Source: Yuukianura sp. NJ FZ-2021 (taxonomy: Eukaryota). Taken from it: a stretch of 64,000 nucleotides of DNA. A program made the position numbers and the translations under genes. Location: assembly GCA_046563655.1 (NCBI GenBank), contig JAJCTO010000009.1, positions 1,240,001 through 1,304,000 on the forward strand. The letters run 5' to 3'. Below the pieces are notes generated by a model. That model searched no databases and was not told the DNA's origin. It was given only the letters and a program-made list of their open reading frames with translations. The stretch's first letter is position 1; each line of letters begins with the position of its first letter. Shown piece after piece: positions 38,947-50,792 of the stretch.

Positions 38947-39212
38947 GAGAACTCGAGAGCAATGCTTCAGAGAGACATTTTCAACAAGTTTTTTTCGTGA
39001 CGTTTAGCAATGTCTAAACGTGAAAATAAGTTTCCACAGCGAGAGTATACACTCATAGATCAAAGAGCAAGTGACAACTAAACTTCAACTTCAGAAATGA
39101 CTTTTTTTTTTTTTTGAGAGACAAAAATTTTTTATTATACCAGTATTTTAAAACCAATTTTTAAATTTAAATTTATTTTGACTTAAAATATAAAATATAA
39201 AATAAAAAACTT

Positions 39213-42200
39213 TTATTTTGGAATATCTTTATGTCCAAAAGCTAAAGTGTTTACACTATCTACAGCATATCTCTTGGTGTCCAATCCGTTGAGAGCCTTC
39301 TTCATGGTGACTTCTGTGAAAATTCGGTGCTCGACGCTTCTGAAACCACGCATGGTAACCATAGTCTGCACATTCTCCTTGAGGACTCGCTCATAGTCTT
39401 CATACTTGACCTGACCGTTAACAGCTGTTTTTGTGATTCCCTTTGCCTTCTTGGTATACTCATCCTTCAATAGCCATTCACCATCCGGCTTCTTTTGGAA
39501 TTCTCCTCCGACTTGAGCTACTTTTAAGGATCGAATGGTATACATCTTTGGTCGCGGGCAGTAGACATGAGTGATCACCGATCCAGCAGCCTCGTCCTTG
39601 AATTTTCCAAGGACTTTCTTATTTGTCAAATCGTGAAATCTTCCAAACAGCGGATGATTTTCTGGGTATTCACTCATATCGTAGAGATCCTTGCGTTGTA
39701 GCATGTCCTGATAGACGTCATCCGTTCGAATCTGATAGATGAAGGAATCTAAAATAAAATTAAGTTAAAAACTCGCAATACATAACATGTAAAGTAATTT
39801 ATAAATAGGTAACGTACCTGTATCTGTGTAAATCAGCTGGCACTTGTCGCCATATTGTGCCTGCATTCCGGCGCTGTGATGTCGATACATGATACTCTTA
39901 GCCAAGTCCAAGATGGTGACTCCTGTGAAGATTGGTTTATTGAGTGTGACTTGCAGCCGCTTCATCATGAAAATGCAAGTCGTTTCATTGATTGGGATGA
40001 CATTTTGGACAGTGGGCTTCTTGTTGTAGTACAGCGCCTTCTCCATTGTCGTAACAACCCGAACGTTTTGTCGTTTTCTCACTTGTTCGATAGTTTTCCC
40101 AAATGCCGAGTTGTTGAGCAACTTCCAAAAGTCCTTGGCGAAATCGCTCGTTGCCTTCTTCCTCATTTCAGTATTGAAATCGATGAATTGCTTCATCCAT
40201 GGACCTTGGATAAAGGAGATTCCCCGGTGGACTTTTGTAACCTTGGCGCCCATTTTGAGGTACTCTTTGAGTACCTCCTGATGTAGAATGTAGTTTTTCT
40301 TATTGTTTAAATCGGCAACCAGCTTTTTGACTTTGAAAAGTCCAGGTCCTGACTTGAGGTCTTCCAAGAGTTTACGCTGATGGGCAGAGAGCTCTTCCAT
40401 TGGAACAGTTCTTGTAACTGGGGCTGGAGGATAGTCGTTCAATTTTTCATGTAGACTAGCATCAATCTCCAAGTCAACCTCTAGCATGTAGCCAATGACT
40501 TTCTTCCTTTCTGTTTCGGCAACAAACTCGTCGATATTGCTGGAAATTATCTGGATTTCTTCTTCTGAGAGCCATTTAAATTGTCCAAGGGGTAGCGCAA
40601 GACTCATGGCTTTACCATATAAATTATTCGCGTCAATGTAGAGAATGTAATAGATCGGTTTGTCTGGATCGTATTCATCTCCCATGTATGGATTGTTAGC
40701 TTTCGCAGAACGCCTGGAGCCAACGCTGACATAGCCGCCTCTGATTCCATGCTCAATCCAGCAGTGCATCGTCGGGTCCGTAATAAGCTCCAGCACAACT
40801 CCAGACTTCTTGAGAACACAGTCCATCGCCATCATTGGCAGGGAAAAATAATGGCCCAGTTCCAGCCCGTAACTGTCCATCATAAGCTTCCGAACACCTT
40901 CCATCACATCGGCTAGAAGCGACACGTCCAGCCGAACGTAGAGGTCGTGCCACTCCCCCATGTTTTGAATGTTAAAACTCTCCCAAACCTCCTTCGCATG
41001 ATTGTAAACAGCGTCTTGAATTGGTGTTTCGGTCATGTCATTGAAGAACGCTTCTTTCGGAGGTAAACTTGTCATCTCAAAGTCTTGACATGACGTCATC
41101 AGTGAATATGGATAGGCGCCCTTCTTGAAGAGAAGATCAATGTTGGCACCATTTTCAACTTCTTTCTGAAACTCCTGTCTAGTTATGTCAAATTTGGCAT
41201 TTGGGTCTTTGCGCATGACTTCAACCAGCTTGTCCAGTGATTTCAGAGTGAAGCCGAGACTGTCGGTAAAACGGAGCTTGTATTTTTCCCGTCGCCTCAC
41301 GTTTTCTCGTGTGATCTCCTCTTCTACGTAATCTTCCCCCGAACATTCCGGTGCTACGGTGACACACAAATACTTCTCGCTACTCTTTGGGATCACTTCA
41401 ACGTGACTGATGATTTTATCTTCCTTAAGCTTTCCCATGGCCTGAATCAAGAAGTGCACGTCGTATGATGAGAAGTTGTGGAGGAATACGGGGAATTCCT
41501 TCTTGATCTGTGCTTGAAGGTTACAGTCTCTATGAGCCATGCCGATATAGTTGAAGGGAGGCAGATGAGAATGATGACGCACTTTCCAGTCCTTCTTCTC
41601 AAAAGCTTCTCACAGAAACAACAGAAACGAGCAGTCTTTTTCTCTTCTCTCTGTCTAGGGGTCATGTTTCTTTCCAACATATCAGGAGCAATTCGCTCAT
41701 ACTCGTCCACTTCTTCGCCAAGGGTTTTGGAGAAACGAAGGATACTCTCCATGAAGTGTGCAGCAATGTCTTCATCGTCTTCTGTGGCGTGATAGTATTC
41801 GCCATGGCGGCGCTTCCCCTCAAAATCCACACAGACCCATGCATAGCCGCAGGGCTTGTGTGTATGCGTACAACGATGATTTTCTGCTGGCTTACTTTTG
41901 ATCCCGGTAACTCGTTCCTTAAGTTTTCGACGCTCGTCTTCTTGTTCGGCTGAGGCATGAAATTTTGGCAGAAAGGCTTCAAAATCAGCGTAGAATCGAA
42001 AAGGTACTGGCTGAGTTCTAGCCCACTTGTTAAAGTAAAGCTCGTTTTCATTTTCTTTTGGATAAGTGACTTTCTGCAGACCAAGGGCAGCACAAAATGG
42101 CTTATGCAGTTCAAGGCTACGGACTTCGCGAAAATTGGAGAGACAGTTGCGACAAATGTGTTTTGGTCTGCCGTCATTTGGTGGTCGCATTAGCGCTTCG

Positions 42201-43558
42201 AGATTTCGAATCAACATAAAGTGAGCGTTATTCCCTTTCATGAGGCACATTAAATCGACATGGATGTCCTTCACTTGTTTTGAATTGTAGAGAACTGATA
42301 TGTTGCTTTGGATATATTTGAATAGTTCCAAGTCCTCCATTTTTGATTTCTTTCCTTCTCGTCTTTCTGGAGCAGATGGTACATCCATGTCATAACCAAG
42401 GACGGTAACTGAAATGTTAGGATTGAGCGTTTCAAATTTCGGGATTTGCTCAAGAGTGATTGGAAAGTGAAGCCCCGTGGTGTTGACCTTGTGAATATGC
42501 GGCGCATATGTTTTCACTAGCTTATCGATTCGGGCGCGATGGTTGTTTCTACCAGCAGGAACGCCAGCGACTTTGTCATGAGCGAGAATAGACCAAAGAA
42601 AGCACTTGTGGTGCGAATTTGTAACAGATATTTCACTGTTGTCGATGTTAAGCAGCAACTTTTTGTGTTCAGATAGTGGAAACGGTGTCTCAATATAAGA
42701 TCCCACTTTAGTGAACTGGTACTTGGCTGTCACGAACCTGAATTCTGAGATATAATCTAGATCCCAACCGCTTCCTTCATGGGTAAAGTCTTCAATCTGA
42801 TCAGACATTTCATGACACATGATTGACCACACACGAGGTAATGACGCTGGGGTGAAGACAAGATGGCGGTAAGAAGTAAAGCCTGCGTCCTTGGTTTCAA
42901 TACTGCCATCTGCATGTGTTTTTGTGAAGCGACATTTCATGGAAAAGAAAACTCTCGCATTCTTCCACTTTTTGAGATCATTTTCAATGTTATCAAACGA
43001 CGATTGTTGTACGCTGTTGAAAAAGTCACGCTCATCGAATCCGCTACCACACTGGAATTTCTCAAACTCTGCCAAGTACTTTGTACACATATTAAGGGAA
43101 GTAAGAACAGGCTTCACCAAAATTAGTTCTATAGCCGACGGCCGAAGTCCTCCAGTTTGTGCACTATAAAAGTCTGGATGCACATTGTGGAAGTGTTCTT
43201 GAAGTTTGTCTCGACAGTTGAACGATAAACCACAAGGTGGACACAAAAGTTCTCGATATACTTGCAGGATTTCACGGTTTACTGGAAGAGAGGCAGGTTC
43301 CTGGAAATCTTGATCATGACGCTCCATGAAGTGGTGGTCCAACTCTTCTTGAGCGAAGAATCCAGCAAAACAAACTGGACACTCAAAATCCGCCAGTTTA
43401 GCAAAATGTAACTGACGAAAGTCCTCGTCATGGCTACTAACATGTTCTGCCAAGTCTTTTTTCTTATAGAACTTTACGCCACAAATGAGACACTCGTGAT
43501 TCCTGACACAAATTTGCTTTGAGGAGCCAGCGACTGGAGGTGCTGAACGCTTCGACAT
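39213..43558 (-). pseudogene. polB: Protein-primed family B DNA polymerase, right copy; 1-bp deletion near 41604; intron 39749-39817
   Basis: Mirror of the left copy. It is intact where the left copy is frameshifted (GAGGGGAAG) but reads AAGCTTTTGAG instead of AAGCCTTTCGAG. It reconstructs to the same 1425 aa. Confidence 0.95.
39749..39817 (-). other. 69-nt GT-AG intron in pPolB (right copy)
   Basis: Reverse complement of 37646-37714. Confidence 0.93.
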
Positions 43559-43671
43559 CCTAAGAAATAGTTAAAATAAAATAGTTAGTAAAAAAAAATC
43601 TAACATTTGGTTCTAACCTTAATAAATAGTCAAATACTTTAAAAATGCTAATATCGTTCTCGGGCATTTGA

Positions 43672-44510
43672 TAAGTAGCTTCCGCTACTTAATCACCGCG
43701 TTTTCACTAGCAGAACGCTTTACGAACAGATAGGCAACTACAATAGAACACCGTAAAGTAGCTTCCGCTACTTAATAACAACCTTTGTTTTTGTTGAAAT
43801 ACATGCTTGATGGGCAGACGGATAAATAAGACAATTAAGCAGCTTTCGCTACTTAATGACTGTGTTTAGTGCTGATTAGTATAAAGAAAAACTGCTTAGG
43901 TGCCTTACGAACAGATGGACAGGCACAGAGACAATGTTATAAAGCTTCCGCCACTTAATGACTGAGTTTTCATTGAAGAAACGTTTTACGTACAAACAGA
44001 TAGGCAGGACCGTAAAGTAGCTTTCGCTACTTCATAGCCACGTTCTGTATTGTTTAGTAAAAACGTAATTAAAATAACGTTTAAATGCTTTATTGACAGA
44101 TGGACAGACAGACACATAAGGCTTTAACGTAGCTTTCGCTACTTGTTAACTAAGTTCTGTGTTTAGTAAAAACTTAATTGAGAAAACGCTTAAATGTCTT
44201 ACGGACAGACGGACAGACAGACAGTTAGGTCTTAAAGTAGCTTCCGCTACTTTATAACTATGTTCTGTATTGTTTAGTAAGCAGTTAATTCAAATAACGC
44301 TTAAATTCTTTACGGACAGACGGACAGACAGACAGTTAGGTCTTAAAGTAGCTTCCGCTACTTTATAACTACGTTCTGTATTGTTTAGTAAAACGTTAAT
44401 TCAAATAACGCTTAAATGCTTTACGGACAGACGGACAGATAGACAGTTAGGTCTTAAAGTAGCTTCCGCTACTTTATAACTACGTTCTGTATTGTTTAGT
44501 AAAACGTTAA
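43672..44510 (-). repeat. Mirror copy of the hairpin/GTCY tandem array
   Basis: Reverse complement of 32955-33792. Confidence 0.9.
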
Positions 44511-45124
44511 TAACCTTTGGCGAGTTTTGCTTACCTTATTGTAGTAGTCCGTATTGTTGTAAGTGCTGATTTTGTATAGTATATGCTACTGTGTGCTTTA
44601 ATTGAGTTTAAATTTAAGTGTCTTGATTTTCGACTAGTGAATAGGTCAAATGTTGGGAATGAACTGAACAATTTTTTAAAAACTCTTTGACTTAAAAGGA
44701 CAGCTGAAGCCTGAAATACAAATCCTATTTTAGAAAAGGATTTGTTTTGCCTCGGGTGTTGGAGAATTCTAGGAATTGACAAGTTCAAACAAGAACTTTT
44801 TTAAACTTTTTCGTTGCTGACATGAAGAAGGAGTTTTCAGAAGTACAAAAATATAAATCATAATCCGGAAAAGGGTTGGGGTCACATTCCAATACCATTT
44901 CCAAAAATACAGAGTCATTGGTATTTGTTGATTAGAATTAATTAACAATTAACTAAAAGGCTTTCTTGTTGTTGGCATTTTTGACATTTTGTCACTTTAG
45001 ATGTTGAAATTTTGTCATAAAATGTATTTTTTGCGGGGGTTTCCCCTCCCCAATATTGCGCCCGACAACCCCCCGCGGCTGAGCTAAAAATAAATGGCCG
45101 CAAGATCCGATCCTAGCCTCTACT

Positions 45125-48100
45125 ACTATTACATTTTCTAAATCAAAATTGAACATTCAGCATTTTTGGCCATTTTTGGATAAAATTTTTGGAAAATACT
45201 TTTTAATATTTTCTACCGACTTGCACATTAAATAGATCATGTCTGAAAACTTCTGCCCAACAATAGTCCGAAATTGTATTTTAGCACAGCTCCACCATAC
45301 CATAAGTGCATAAGTCTAACTACGATTTAGGTTTAACTTAGGGTTGAAACTATACAACAAGGTGTTAAACGTTCTGAATAATGGAATTTATGCCTTTTTA
45401 CCGCTTATACAAAAATTCTTGGTATTCATCAAATAACGGTCCACTTCGTCGTAGTGCATAACTGACTAAATCACACGTTGAAAAACATGTTGTCAGCCTC
45501 CATTCTTGAGCTTAAACTAGAAGTGCCGGTAAAGTGTCAAGCGTGCCTTCACTTTAGACGCAAACGATGAGTTCTCATTTTGACACCATGAATCATGACA
45601 ACTCACACTTCAATCGAACTTCAGGGAAAAACCGACTATTACATTTTCTAAATCAAAATTGAACATTCAGCATTTTTGGCCATTTTTGGATAAAATTTTT
45701 GGAAAATACTTTTTAATATTTTCTACCGACTTGCACATTAAATAGATCATGTCTGAAAACTTCTGCCCAACAATAGTCCGAAATTGTATTTTAGCACAGC
45801 TCCACCATACCACAAGTGCATAAGTCTAACTATTTACGATTTAGGTTTAACTTAGGGTTGAAACTATACAACAAGGTGTTAAACGTTCTGAAAAATGGAA
45901 TTTATGCCTTTTTACCGCTCATACCAAAATTCTTGGTATTCATCAAATAACGGTCCACTTCGTCGTAGTGCATAACTGACCAAATCACACGTTGAAAAAC
46001 ATGTTGTCAGCGTCCATCCTTGAGCTCAAACTAGAAGTGCCGGTAAAGTGTCAAGCATGCCTTCACTTCAGATGCAACCCATGAGTTTTCATTTTGACAT
46101 CATAAATCATGGTAACTCACACGTCGATGGAACTTCTGGGAAAAACCGACCCTTACATTTTCTAAATCAAAAATGAACATTCAGCATTTTTGGCCATTTC
46201 TGGATACAATTTTTGGAAAATACTTTTTTATATTTCCTACCAACTTGCACATTAAATAGATCATGGCTGAAAACTTCTGCCCAACAATAGTCCGAAATTG
46301 TATTTTAGCCCAGCTCCACCATATCACAAGTGCATAAGTCTAACTACGATTTAGGTTAAACTTAGGGTTGAAACTATACAACACGGTGTTAAACGTTGTG
46401 AAAAATGGAACTTATGCCTTGTTACCGCTCATACCAAAATTCTTGGTATTCATCAAATAACGGTCCACTTCGTCGTAATGCATAACTGACTAAATCACAC
46501 GTTGAAAAACATGTTGTCAGCGTCCATCCTTGAGCTCAAACTAGAAGTGCCGGTGAAGTGTCAAGCATGCCTTCACTTCAGATGCAACCCATGAGTTTTC
46601 ACTTTGACATCATAAATCATGATAACTCACACGTCGATGGAACTTCTGGGAAAAACCGACCCTTACATTTTCTAAATCAAAAATGAACATTCAGCATTTT
46701 TGGCCATTTCTGGATACAATTTTTGGAAAATACTTTTTTATATTTCCTACCAACTTGCACATTAAATAGATCATGTCTGAAAACTTCTGCCCAACAATAG
46801 TCCGAAATTGTATTTTAGCACAGCTCCACCATACCACAAGTGCATAAGTCTAACTATTTACGATTTAGGTTTAACTTAGGGTTGAAACTATACAACAAGG
46901 TGTTAAACGTTCTGAAAAATGGAATTTATGCCTTTTTACCGCTCATACCAAAATTCTTGGTATTCATCAAATAACGGTCCACTTCGTCGTAGTGCATAAC
47001 TGACCAAATCACACGTTGAAAAACATGTTGTCAGCGTCCATCCTTGAGCTCAAACTAGAAGTGCCGGTAAAGTGTCAAGCATGCCTTCACTTCAGATGCA
47101 ACCCATGAGTTTTCACTTTGACATCATAAATCATGGTAACTCACACGTCGATGGAACTTCTGGGAAAAACCGACCCTTACATTTTCTAAATCAAAAATGA
47201 ACATTCAGCATTTTTGGCCATTTCTGGATACAATTTTTGGAAAATACTTTTTTATATTTCCTACCAACTTGCACATTAAATAGATCATGGCTGAAAACTT
47301 CTGCCCAACAATAGTCCGAAATTGTATTTTAGCCCAGCTCCACCATATCACAAGTGCATAAGTCTAACTACGATTTAGGTTAAACTTAGGGTTGAAACTA
47401 TACAACACGGTGTTAAACGTTGTGAAAAATGGAACTTATGCCTTGTTACCGCTCATACCAAAATTCTTGGTATTCATCAAATAACGGTCCACTTCGTCGT
47501 AATGCATAACTGACTAAATCACACGTTGAAAAACATGTTGTCAGCGTCCATCCTTGAGCTCAAACTAGAAGTGCCGGTGAAGTGTCAAGCATGCCTTCAC
47601 TTCAGATGCAACCCATGAGTTTTCACTTTGACATCATAAATCATGATAACTCACACGTCGATGGAACTTCTGGGAAAAACCGACCCTTACATTTTCTAAA
47701 TCAAAAATGAACATTCAGCATTTTTGGCCATTTCTGGATACAATTTTTGGAAAATACTTTTTTATATTTCCTACCAACTTGCACATTAAATAGATCATGT
47801 CTGAAAACTTCTGCCCAACAATAGTCCGAAATTGTATTTTAGCCCAGCTCCACCATATCACAAGTGCATAAGTCTAACTACGATTTAGGTTAAACTTAGG
47901 GTTGAAACTATACAACAACGTGTCAAACGTTGTGAAAAATGGAATTTATGCCTTGTTACCGCTCATACCAAAATTCTTGGTATTCATCAAATAACGGTCC
48001 ACTTCGTCGTAATGCATAACTGACTAAATCACACGTTGAAAAACATGTTGTCAGCGTCCATCCTTGAGCTCAAACTAGAAGTGCCGGTGAAGTGTCAAGC

Positions 48101-49749
48101 ATGCCTTCACTTCAGATGCAACCCATGAGTTTTCACTTTGACATCATAAATCATGATAACTCACACGTCGATGGAACTTCTGGGAAAAACCGACCCTTAC
48201 ATTTTCTAAATCAAAAATGAACATTCAGCATTTTTGGCCATTTCTGGATACAATTTTTGGAAAATACTTTTTTATATTTCCTACCAACTTGCACATTAAA
48301 TAGATCATGTCTGAAAACTTCTGCCCAACAATAGTCCGAAATTGTATTTTAGCACAGCTCCACCATACCACAAGTGCATAAGTCTAACTATTTACGATTT
48401 AGGTTTAACTTAGGGTTGAAACTATACAACAAGGTGTTAAACGTTCTGAAAAATGGAATTTATGCCTTTTTACCGCTCATACCAAAATTCTTGGTATTCA
48501 TCAAATAACGGTCCACTTCGTCGTAGTGCATAACTGACCAAATCACACGTTGAAAAACATGTTGTCAGCGTCCATCCTTGAGCTCAAACTAGAAGTGCCG
48601 GTAAAGTGTCAAGCATGCCTTCACTTCAGATGCAACCCATGAGTTTTCACTTTGACATCATAAATCATGGTAACTCACACGTCGATGGAACTTCTGGGAA
48701 AAACCGACCCTTACATTTTCTAAATCAAAAATGAACATTCAGCATTTTTGGCCATTTCTGGATACAATTTTTGGAAAATACTTTTTTATATTTCCTACCA
48801 ACTTGCACATTAAATAGATCATGGCTGAAAACTTCTGCCCAACAATAGTCCGAAATTGTATTTTAGCCCAGCTCCACCATATCACAAGTGCATAAGTCTA
48901 ACTACGATTTAGGTTAAACTTAGGGTTGAAACTATACAACACGGTGTTAAACGTTGTGAAAAATGGAACTTATGCCTTGTTACCGCTCATACCAAAATTC
49001 TTGGTATTCATCAAATAACGGTCCACTTCGTCGTAATGCATAACTGACTAAATCACACGTTGAAAAACATGTTGTCAGCGTCCATCCTTGAGCTCAAACT
49101 AGAAGTGCCGGTGAAGTGTCAAGCATGCCTTCACTTCAGATGCAACCCATGAGTTTTCACTTTGACATCATAAATCATGATAACTCACACGTCGATGGAA
49201 CTTCTGGGAAAAACCGACCCTTACATTTTCTAAATCAAAAATGAACATTCAGCATTTTTGGCCATTTCTGGATACAATTTTTGGAAAATACTTTTTTATA
49301 TTTCCTACCAACTTGCACATTAAATAGATCATGTCTGAAAACTTCTGCCCAACAATAGTCCGAAATTGTATTTTAGCCCAGCTCCACCATATCACAAGTG
49401 CATAAGTCTAACTACGATTTAGGTTAAACTTAGGGTTGAAACTATACAACAACGTGTCAAACGTTGTGAAAAATGGAATTTATGCCTTGTTACCGCTCAT
49501 ACCAAAATTCTTGGTATTCATCAAATAACGGTCCACTTCGTCGTAATGCATAACTGACTAAATCACACGTTGAAAAACATGTTGTCAGCGTCCATCCTTG
49601 AGCTCAAACTAGAAGTGCCGGTGAAGTGTCAAGCATGCCTTCACTTCAGATGCAACCCATGAGTTTTCACTTTGACATCATAAAATATGATAACTCACAC
49701 GTCGATGGAACTTCTGGGAAAAACCGACCCTTACATTTTCTAAATCAAA
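45125..49749. repeat. 510-bp satellite array, block 3 (~9 monomers)
   Basis: Same monomer. The TATT insertion variant (TAACTATTTACG) recurs at ~45831, 46855 and 48389. Confidence 0.99.
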
Positions 49750-50792
49750 CAAGGTAGGGCAATGCTCAAGGGTTGAGCATAGGTCTTCTGGAGGGAGTTG
49801 ACAATTGATACGACATTTAGACCGGCCTACCTCAAAACTGTAGAAGAAATGAGAAACCGTTTTCATGGAGTTGTTGCACCAAAACGTCGCTAAAAAGTTT
49901 CAGTGTGGATGCGAGGTCCTATTTTGTGCATGAGTTGCACCAAAATTGCGTTGGCTGTTCTACCATTTAATTGCACCAAAATCATGTTGCAGTTTTGAGA
50001 CCCAAAATATTTGCACTGAATTGATGTTCTTAATTTGTTGAGCAAGATGCACGTAATGTATTGTCGGGGTTGCCATGGCAATAGACCATTAGCGAAAAGA
50101 GCGTAAACCAAACACCCTCAAAATAATGATATTGAAATTGAGATTTGTGCATGATGCACAAATTTGAACCCTGAGAAGGATGGATCGAATATACCTTCTT
50201 TTAAATCGAAATCGGTTCATGAAGATGCGCATAATGTATCGTCGATGTTGTCAAGGTATGCTCAAGGTAGTTCTCAAACCTGCACAAACCTTCAATTGTG
50301 TGCATCATGCACAAAATTGTACGTTGTGGGGTGGGGTTCGAATATCGCTTGTTTATAATCAAAATTATAAAAATTTCTTGCAAAGGCAAATTTTAACCCT
50401 GCCAAGCACTGTTTCCATATTATGAGTTTCAGCCACATGTTCTACCCTCTAGTTAAGTTTTAATTTAACAACGTGATTAAACTAGCTGTCAGAAAATGAC
50501 AGGATCAAAACTTCGTTGTTTAAATATATTTTGAGTGCAATGTAAAGGTATCAAAAAAATTTAAGTCAGAAGAGTCGGCAATGGAAAGCAGCCGCTAATT
50601 TTCACGTTGTTAATATAACACTTTTAGTGGAATGTAGACCTACTAAAAACGCTTGAGGCATACGTAACCCCCCGCCAAAAATGGAGCTTATGTTTCAGTG
50701 CAAAAAGTTCTAAAAAGTGTGACACACGGACAGACAAAGTCGTATCAATAGTCTTCTTCAGCACGTCGTAGACGTGCGTCTCCAGAAGACTA
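49750..50792 (-). mobile_element. Non-autonomous Helentron-associated / DINE-1-like element (HINE), copy A
   Basis: On the minus strand it reads: 5' subTIR TAGTCTTCTGGAG, hairpin, partial inverted copy GAAGAAGACTA, GTCY microsatellite, ..., 3' subTIR CTCCAGAAGAC, then hairpin ATGCTCAA-CCC-TTGAGCAT. It is inserted in a T run without a TSD and has no coding capacity. Confidence 0.82.

Larger units (their letters stand above)
32341..45124. mobile_element. Palindromic Polinton-like element encoding only pPolB in two convergent copies (12784 bp)
   Basis: Ends are AGTAGAG...CTCTACT. The 5-bp TSD ACTAT is at 32336-32340 and 45125-45129. Arms 32341-~38626 and ~38809-45124 are near-perfect reverse complements, and the satellite resumes in register and in the same orientation. 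Confidence 0.92.

Noticed and set aside
38463..39017. Poly-Gly, Thr, His and Arg/Trp ORFs at the palindrome centre
   Set aside because: Triplet repeats are open in most frames; no frame can be supported as a real gene.
34295..43169. Antisense and alternate-frame ORFs overlapping pPolB, including the first ~120 aa of ORF 35287-37698
   Set aside because: These are shadows of the real frame or products of the frameshifts.
25535..45124. One single ~19.6-kb Polinton spanning both elements
   Set aside because: The outer ends do not match each other, each element has its own TIR pair and TSD, and in-register satellite lies between them.
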